This document shows positions 8,103-13,807 of a stretch of DNA of 13,807 nucleotides, one piece after another (positions within the stretch are counted from its first letter, which is position 1; each line of letters begins with the position of its first letter). The DNA is taken from the NCBI GenBank assembly GCA_040235515.1, contig JBECKX010000214.1:1-13807 (forward strand), read 5' to 3'. The translations under genes and the position numbers were made by a program. The notes beneath the pieces were generated by a model. It did no database searches. It was not told the DNA's origin and saw only the letters and a list, made by a program, of their open reading frames with translations. Origin of the DNA: Candidatus Zixiibacteriota bacterium (GTDB lineage: Bacteria > Zixibacteria > MSB-5A5 > CAIYYT01).

Positions 8103-9079
8103 TACCTCAGGTGCATCTTCTCGCGGACCAGCGCCATAGTTTCCTGCGCTCGTGCGCGGGCACGGTTGGCGCCCTCTTCCAGGACATCGTTTACATAACT
8201 GATATTCTGTTCCAGCTCGCGGCGCTTCGCCCTGATAGGTTCTAACGCTTTATTAATGTTATCAGCAAGATGTTTCTTGTCTGCGACGCAGCCGAGTTCT
8301 CCCGTACGGCAGGTGCGGTCGATCACCGCGCGGTCCGCTTCGGGAGTGTAGAGCTGGTGCAATGCAAAAACTGGGCAGATATCGGGACGACCCGGATCGT
8401 TCTTGCGCAGCTTCTGCGGATCGGTGAACATCTTCTTGATCTTGGCAGCGGTTTCCTCCGGCGTCTCCGCAATTGTGATCTCATTGCCGTACGATTTTGA
8501 CATCTTCTCGCCATCGATGCCGGGTACCACCGGGACTTTGGTCAGTTTCGCATCTGGCTCCGGGAACACTTCGCCATAGATGTTATGGAACCTGCGTGCG
8601 ACCTCACGAGTCAACTCGATATGGGGCAGCTGATCCTTGCCAACCGGCACCCAGTTGGCGCGGTAGAGCAGGATATCTGCAGCCTGCAGCAAGGGGTAGC
8701 CGAGAAATCCGTAGCTATCCAGCCCGAGCTTCTCCGCTTTCTCCTTGTAGGATGGAACGCGTTCCAGCCAGGGAGTAGGAGTGATCATCGAGAAGAGCAG
8801 ATGGAGTTCAGCGTGCTCCTTTACCTGCGACTGGATGAAGATGGCACACTTGTTTGGATCGAGTCCGGCGGCCAGATAGTCGATTGCCATCTGCACGATT
8901 TTCTCGTCAAGGTCAGCGGTATTGTCGTAGTCCGCAGTGAGCGCATGCCAGTCGACGATGCAACAATACATATCGTAGTCGTTTTGCAGCGCCACCCAGT
9001 TTGCCAGTGCCCCTTCGAGATTACCGAGATGCAGGCGCCCGGTGGGCTGCATCCCGGAGAGTATAACTTCAGTAGCCAT
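8102..9079 (-). CDS. trpS: Tryptophan--tRNA ligase
   Basis: SGMQPTGRLHLGN (HIGH), YPLLQAADILLY, VPVGKDQLPHIELTR, KMSKS. Confidence 0.98.
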   Translation of the reverse strand: MATEVILSGMQPTGRLHLGNLEGALANWVALQNDYDMYCCIVDWHALTADYDNTADLDEKIVQMAIDYLAAGLDPNKCAIFIQSQVKEHAELHLLFSMITPTPWLERVPSYKEKAEKLGLDSYGFLGYPLLQAADILLYRANWVPVGKDQLPHIELTREVARRFHNIYGEVFPEPDAKLTKVPVVPGIDGEKMSKSYGNEITIAETPEETAAKIKKMFTDPQKLRKNDPGRPDICPVFALHQLYTPEADRAVIDRTCRTGELGCVADKKHLADNINKALEPIRAKRRELEQNISYVNDVLEEGANRARARAQETMALVREKMHLR

Positions 9080-9097
9080 CGTAGATTATGCTAGCCT

Positions 9098-9610
9098 TTA
9101 ATCGAAAAAGAGGTATTTATTCCAAACTTCATCCCCCTTACCGATCGACTGACGAATGAAAGTCAGATGGCTCGGCTTGCGGGGGCGGCTGAGCAATCGC
9201 ATTCCCGCCTGTTCAGGTGTGCGATTACCCTTCTTGTTGTTGCAACGGTCACAGGCGCAGACGAGGTTTTCCCAGGCATCGGCGCCACCGCGTAGTCGCG
9301 GCATCACATGGTCTACCGTCATCACTCCGGAAGTCGTTCCGCAATACTGGCAGCGACCGCCATCCCGCTTGATCACATTCTTGCGGTTAAGCATCACCTG
9401 TCGGTACGGGACGCGGGCATAGAATTCGAGTCGCACTATCGAGGGTTCGTCGAGAGCGCGCGAGACGGAGCGAATCTTGCGCCCGTTTCGAGTTTCTACA
9501 ACCGTTGCCTTGCCGAGGTACATCATTACAATCGCCCGCTTGACACTGGTCACGATGAGCGGCTCGTAATTCTGATTCACGACCAGGACTCTATTCGTCA
9601 GTATCTTCAT
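9098..9610 (-). CDS. HNH endonuclease with zinc-binding Cys pairs and PLMP-like N-terminal domain
   Basis: RDGGRCQYCG, TVDHVMPRLRGG, WENLVCACDRCNNKKG; N-terminal VLVVNQNYEPL...RAIVMMYLGKATVV...PSIVRL. Confidence 0.9.
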   Translation of the reverse strand: MKILTNRVLVVNQNYEPLIVTSVKRAIVMMYLGKATVVETRNGRKIRSVSRALDEPSIVRLEFYARVPYRQVMLNRKNVIKRDGGRCQYCGTTSGVMTVDHVMPRLRGGADAWENLVCACDRCNNKKGNRTPEQAGMRLLSRPRKPSHLTFIRQSIGKGDEVWNKYLFFD

Positions 9611-9646
9611 GGTGCTAGATCAGTAGACAGATCAATATTAGCCTTT

Positions 9647-9675
9647 ATACTACTGGTTGAAATTACAGGTGTCAA
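9647..9675 (-). promoter_or_regulatory. Near-consensus sigma70 promoter for the HNH-trpS-scpAB-rluB operon
   Basis: Minus strand TTGACA (9675-9670)-17 nt-TAGTAT (9652-9647), with AT-rich sequence upstream. Confidence 0.7.
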
Positions 9676-9746
9676 ATTAAAATGCGATTTAAACGGTGAT
9701 TAATCGGCGCTGATAGCAAGTTTCCACGGAGCGGGAGAGTTAATTC

Positions 9747-9775
9747 TTGCGGCCTGAATTTCGATATCACAGATT
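9747..9775 (+). promoter_or_regulatory. Possible promoter of the GNAT gene (would give a leaderless mRNA)
   Basis: TTGCGG-17 nt-CAGATT, then 6 nt, then ATG; no SD. The -10 match is weak. Confidence 0.3.
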
Positions 9776-9781
9776 CGTTCT

Positions 9782-10735
9782 ATGAGCACCAGGACAAAAT
9801 CTCGCAAGGCCGGAAAGGCCGATAAGGTATCATACCGCCGCATGCGTGAGGCGGATCAACTCGAGGCAGAGAAGATGTTTCTGCGGTCGTACAATCACCT
9901 GAGGAAACAGGCGAACCTGCCGCAATTCAAGGGGAAGATTTCGCGGCCGAACCCGATGCTACTGCATTTCCTGCGCAGCGATCCGGAGGGACATTTCGTG
10001 GCTGTTAATGAAGCTGGGCGCATCGTGGGTTATGCCAGCTCAATTATTCGGGAGATGGAATGGTACCTGGCTATGCTCTTCGTGCTCCCCTCCTATCAGA
10101 CCGCCGGCGTCGGTCGCGAGCTACTGACTCGGACTATGAAATATGGCGCGAAGGCTGAATGCACGCGCTACGCGCTTGCCACGTTCGCATACAACCCGCA
10201 GGCTATCGCCGTCTATTCCAAGCAGGGAATGCCGCCTCAGGCTACGGTTCTGCAACTCGACAGAAAGCAGGACCCGAAGATGCCGATAAAGCTCAAACCC
10301 TCACTGGAATTGGCGATGAAGGAAGTTACCAGCGAGCGGGCGATCTCGCGGCTGACCCGCCTCGACAGAAAGGTGCGCGGAACAGCTCGCCCTGAGGAAC
10401 ACTTTTTCTGGTTAAGCACGGACGGCTTCAAGGTGCTCGAATTTCGTGAAGGCAGGAAATTCGCCGGTTACGCCATGATGTCCAGGAGTGGCATGATCGG
10501 CCCGGTTGCCGCAACCAGGCCGGAATATCTACAGCCAATCCTGGTCAATTGTCTGCTGAGTGATTTCTTCACCGATGCTATCATCAGGCGTGTGTTCGTG
10601 CATGGTGAACAGAAGGAACTTCTGGCGTACCTCTTAGACGCCGGCTTCAGGATCACAGAACCGCTGCTGGTGATGACTTCTGAACGGTTTTCTGACCCGC
10701 AGCGATACATGGCCGGTACGCTGGCACATTACTAG
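9782..10735 (+). CDS. GNAT-family N-acetyltransferase, two-domain
   Basis: Acetyl-CoA motif LAMLFVLPSYQTAGVGRELL, AIAVYSKQG; second GNAT-like half with GMIGPVAA and LLDAGFR. Confidence 0.82.
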   Translation: MSTRTKSRKAGKADKVSYRRMREADQLEAEKMFLRSYNHLRKQANLPQFKGKISRPNPMLLHFLRSDPEGHFVAVNEAGRIVGYASSIIREMEWYLAMLFVLPSYQTAGVGRELLTRTMKYGAKAECTRYALATFAYNPQAIAVYSKQGMPPQATVLQLDRKQDPKMPIKLKPSLELAMKEVTSERAISRLTRLDRKVRGTARPEEHFFWLSTDGFKVLEFREGRKFAGYAMMSRSGMIGPVAATRPEYLQPILVNCLLSDFFTDAIIRRVFVHGEQKELLAYLLDAGFRITEPLLVMTSERFSDPQRYMAGTLAHY

Positions 10736-10941
10736 AAATAGAACGCTTCCGGAATCGCGGATAATTAGCAACTGATCTTCAGTCGCTTACCGCGGCGCCT
10801 CCCTGCTCTCCCTCAAGTAGTAGAAATTTCATTAGAGTAGAATTTTCTAAGAACAGTGCTGGTCGATTCCGATGTCTCAACGTATATGAACCAAGGATGG
10901 CCTGATTTTTTCCGGGCAACATGGCAAAACTCAGCAGATAT

Positions 10942-10966
10942 GGAACTGAAACACTCCTGACTTGTT
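10942..10966 (+). promoter_or_regulatory. Possible ECF-sigma promoter upstream of the metallophosphoesterase
   Basis: GGAAC-17 nt-GTT ending 12 nt before ATG 10979. Confidence 0.4.
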
Positions 10967-10978
10967 AAGAAGAGAAGA

Positions 10979-12307
10979 ATGAGATTTCAACTTACGCTAT
11001 TTGCGGGCGCATTTGTGTTCGCGTTAAGTCTCTGCCAGCTATTGGTTTTCAGGATACTGAATACGGTCTGGTGGCGACGTAAGAAACTTAAGCTAGCCAT
11101 ACTGGGGCTGGTTGGTTTCACCCTGCTCTCCGCGCTCGGCTGGTCATTCTTCACTTTTGTCAGAGAGATCGAGATTGCCTACGTCTTCGCGATAGCGACA
11201 TCGCTCGCCGCTGTGCTTAATCTCTCGCTGCTGTTGTCGTTTCCCCTCTCCGGTGTGATTAACACGACCTACTATTGGTGGGAGCGTCTGAACGAGCGCA
11301 AACTGAAGAAGCAGGCGCAGGCCGAGCAGGGTTCGATCCACAGCTCGGCAGTCGAACCACAATCACAATCTGAGCCAACAGAAACGACTGATGAGCCGAA
11401 ATCGAAGAACCGCCGGCTGGTGCTTCAGGGAGCAGCCGCGATTTTCCCGGTTAGCGCTGTTGCACTCGGCAGCGGTGGAATGACCCGCGCATTCGATACC
11501 GCCCAGGTGCGGGAGATCGAATTCTATTACTCTGACCTGCCGAAGGATCTTGATGGGCTCAAGATTCTCCATGTCAGCGACAGCCACCTCGGTCCTTATG
11601 TAAAGAACGATGACATCGAGGCCCTGATGCTGCGCGCCGAATCATTCAGTCCGGACATCATGCTCTTCTCGGGGGATGTCGCCGACGATTTGCGCATGCT
11701 GCCTGACTGCATTCGCCTGCTGGAGGGATTGAAAACGAAGTACGGCGCTTACGCCTCAATGGGCAATCATGACTACTATCGCGGGGCGCCGCAGGTGCGA
11801 GCCAATTTCGCCCGGAGTTCGATCCCGATGCTGATCAACGAAGGAGCGAGTATCAAGATCGGCAGCAGCGAACTCTTCATCGGCGGAGCGGATGACCCGC
11901 GTCGAATGGGTGTGCCGATTGGCAACTTCCTGAGAGACACCGTCGAGCGTACGCTGGAGCACGCCAACAGCGGAGCCTTCAAAATCATCATGAGCCACCG
12001 CCCGAGCGGTTTCGACTACACTGCTGCGCAAGGCGTGGAACTTACCGTGGCAGGTCACACGCATGGGTGCCAAATCGGCTTTATGGGTAAACCGGTGTTC
12101 GATGAATGGGGTGGCGAGCGCTATCTCTGGGGACACTATCGTGTTGGCCGGTCAAGACTTTATACTTCGAGCGGAGTGGGACATTGGTTCCCCTTCAGGC
12201 TTGGTTGCCCTACCGAAGCCCCGATCATAGTGCTCCGCAGGGGTGAGGACCCTCATCCATCCCACGCCGAGGATGTTACCGAAATCTCTCGCAAGACAAT
12301 CGTCTAA
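10979..12307 (+). CDS. Membrane-anchored metallophosphoesterase (YkuE/YaeI-like, calcineurin-like fold)
   Basis: All five motifs: SDSHLG, SGDVAD, GNHD, MSH, GHTHG; C-terminal LYTSSGVG..PFRLGCPTE; hydrophobic N-terminal helices. Confidence 0.9.
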   Translation: MRFQLTLFAGAFVFALSLCQLLVFRILNTVWWRRKKLKLAILGLVGFTLLSALGWSFFTFVREIEIAYVFAIATSLAAVLNLSLLLSFPLSGVINTTYYWWERLNERKLKKQAQAEQGSIHSSAVEPQSQSEPTETTDEPKSKNRRLVLQGAAAIFPVSAVALGSGGMTRAFDTAQVREIEFYYSDLPKDLDGLKILHVSDSHLGPYVKNDDIEALMLRAESFSPDIMLFSGDVADDLRMLPDCIRLLEGLKTKYGAYASMGNHDYYRGAPQVRANFARSSIPMLINEGASIKIGSSELFIGGADDPRRMGVPIGNFLRDTVERTLEHANSGAFKIIMSHRPSGFDYTAAQGVELTVAGHTHGCQIGFMGKPVFDEWGGERYLWGHYRVGRSRLYTSSGVGHWFPFRLGCPTEAPIIVLRRGEDPHPSHAEDVTEISRKTIV

Positions 12308-12315
12308 CGATCGAC

Positions 12316-12332
12316 TGGCTGCGAACCAGCCA
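12316..12332. other. Short hairpin between convergent genes
   Basis: TGGCTG-cgaac-CAGCCA; no U-tract on either side, so a terminator role is uncertain. Confidence 0.35.
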
Positions 12333-12343
12333 CCGAAGAGCGC

Positions 12344-13807
12344 CTAGATCTCCTTCCAATCCCACTCGACCGCTGCGTCGAGCGAAGCACTCTCGTCGAT
12401 AACATGAACCCGTTCCGGATTGGCGAAGCCGCGGCTGATTTCCAGCTCGTTGCGACGGTATTCCTTCATCTCCTGGACGATCGTTGTGATTTTCTCAGCC
12501 TGTCGCTTGATCGTGCGGAAGCTTTGGGCAGCCGCGCTATCTTGATCTTCAAGCGATTGCAGCATGATGTCGCTCCGAGCCATGATGGAGGTGAGTGGCG
12601 TGGCCAATCGCCGCGGCAGGTCCGCGAAAACTTCACCGACGCGTTGATTGCGTTCCAGCGTCTCGATTCTGTCCAGAATCCGCGGTGGGATTCCTTCCGA
12701 GTTGAAGCGCGTGGCCTGATCGGGTGATTTTGTAAAGATGTCACGTGCCAGCGCCTGGGATGCGATCAGGGCGATGCCCTGCGCAAGCTTGATATCGGAG
12801 AGAGTGAAGATTCGCCGGGCGCGCTCGCGCACTTCGCAAATCGTCAGCACACCCACGACATCGGCGCCGGTCACGATCGGAACGATTAACGCAGATTTCA
12901 TTGAAGAACAAGCTGTGAGCGCAATCTCCCGATCACTCATTTTGAACTCGTCGCTCTGTTGGCTGACCACCATGTAGCGTCCTTCATCGACGACACGCTT
13001 GTGCCACTCGGTTTCCGCTAAAGCAACGGTCTGAGCGACACGCACGATGCTGCCAACCGATTCTGCTTCCGCGCGCGCAACGGGAGTGAGCGTCGTATGC
13101 GATTTATCGAGCAACCAGATCTGACAAAGTGAAGTGGGCAGCTCCTTGACGACTGACCTGGCAAGCGCCTGCAGCGCCTGTTCCGGCGTGCGGGAGTCGA
13201 CGTGAAGTTTGAGTGCATTCCCCAGCTTGAGGAAATTCCGACTGACCAGATCAAGCTCACGTTTCAGGATATCGTGGCGAATCAGCGGCAGAACCGCAGC
13301 CGTGCATTCCTCACGAATCATCTCCGCCACGGTGTCGGCGATTTCCCTTCCCGATCCTGCGAGTGTAAGGACGGCATCGACCTGGTTTACATCGCCCAGC
13401 GGGATCGAGATCGACCAGTCGACTCCGCAGGTCCCGAGGAAGCGGAGATCATCATGTTCCGACTCGCTCAAGCTACTACAGCGGCGAATGCTCATCGCGC
13501 TGAAAAGGCGACGCATTTCGTTGACGCCTGAGACGATGGAGCGATCCAACTCATTGAGCAGGTTGCCGCTCGGGCCAAGGCAGTATTGGCGCACGACAGA
13601 ACCGCGTGCTTCAAAAACCCCCAACCTGACTATCTCAAAACTGGCAAACCTGCGCAGGACTGAGTAGAGCGTCGGGACGAACGCTTCGAGTTCATTGTCT
13701 TCACCATGTGAATGGACTGCTTCACGGAGGCTGAGGCGCAACTGCTCTGTTGCCTGGCTGCTACGGGTGGCCTGCTCATAATCCAGATCAGGTCTGACAT
13801 TCAGCAG
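12344..13807 (-). CDS. GAF-domain sensor protein with degenerate HisKA-like helices; 5' end outside the window
   Basis: GAF motifs (CQIWLLD, MKSALIVPIVTGADVVGVLTICE, FTLSDIKLAQGIA; an earlier SISIPLG..VDAVLTL) then LPRRLATPLTSI. The frame stays open from 13741 to the window edge (LLNVRPDLDYEQATRSSQATEQ), so the TTG at 13741 is probably not the start. Confidence 0.75.
   Translation of the reverse strand: MLNVRPDLDYEQATRSSQATEQLRLSLREAVHSHGEDNELEAFVPTLYSVLRRFASFEIVRLGVFEARGSVVRQYCLGPSGNLLNELDRSIVSGVNEMRRLFSAMSIRRCSSLSESEHDDLRFLGTCGVDWSISIPLGDVNQVDAVLTLAGSGREIADTVAEMIREECTAAVLPLIRHDILKRELDLVSRNFLKLGNALKLHVDSRTPEQALQALARSVVKELPTSLCQIWLLDKSHTTLTPVARAEAESVGSIVRVAQTVALAETEWHKRVVDEGRYMVVSQQSDEFKMSDREIALTACSSMKSALIVPIVTGADVVGVLTICEVRERARRIFTLSDIKLAQGIALIASQALARDIFTKSPDQATRFNSEGIPPRILDRIETLERNQRVGEVFADLPRRLATPLTSIMARSDIMLQSLEDQDSAAAQSFRTIKRQAEKITTIVQEMKEYRRNELEISRGFANPERVHVIDESASLDAAVEWDWKEI

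Noticed and set aside
9611..9781. Possible omega-RNA or T-box/attenuator upstream of the HNH-trpS operon
   Set aside because: The region is short and occupied by divergent promoters; no extended structure, T-box motif or Trp leader peptide is visible.
573..13667. Numerous antisense and alternate-frame ORFs in the track (e.g. 5025-5633 +, 8585-9094 +, 7554-7988 +, 13209-13667 +)
   Set aside because: They overlap well-supported genes, have no recognisable motifs, and are expected shadows of GC-biased codon usage.

Overview
Bacterial chromosomal window of moderately high GC, mostly housekeeping genes. A long minus-strand cluster reads HNH nuclease (170 aa), trpS, scpA, scpB, RluB-type pseudouridine synthase, an internal promoter, cmk, plsC, rpsA and an intrinsic terminator. 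It is followed by a REP-rich intergenic region and a lipoprotein M3-like zinc metallopeptidase. On the plus strand are a two-domain GNAT acetyltransferase and a membrane-anchored YkuE-like metallophosphoesterase, converging on a GAF + degenerate HisKA protein that runs off the right edge. No rRNA, tRNA, CRISPR array, transposase or integrase was seen, and no complete new multi-gene system is evident. The most notable items are: (i) the operon-leading HNH protein has an N-terminus resembling the PLMP domain of IscB, i.e. an IshB-like architecture, behind a near-consensus promoter with a CTG-N10-CAG site in its spacer; (ii) an inverted REP doublet plus a possible second-family REP downstream of rpsA; (iii) a sensor protein lacking both the phospho-His and the ATPase domain; (iv) a possible internal twin-arginine signal in the phosphoesterase; (v) long extensions on S1 and ScpB. 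All calls come from reading the sequence by eye; no database searches were run.
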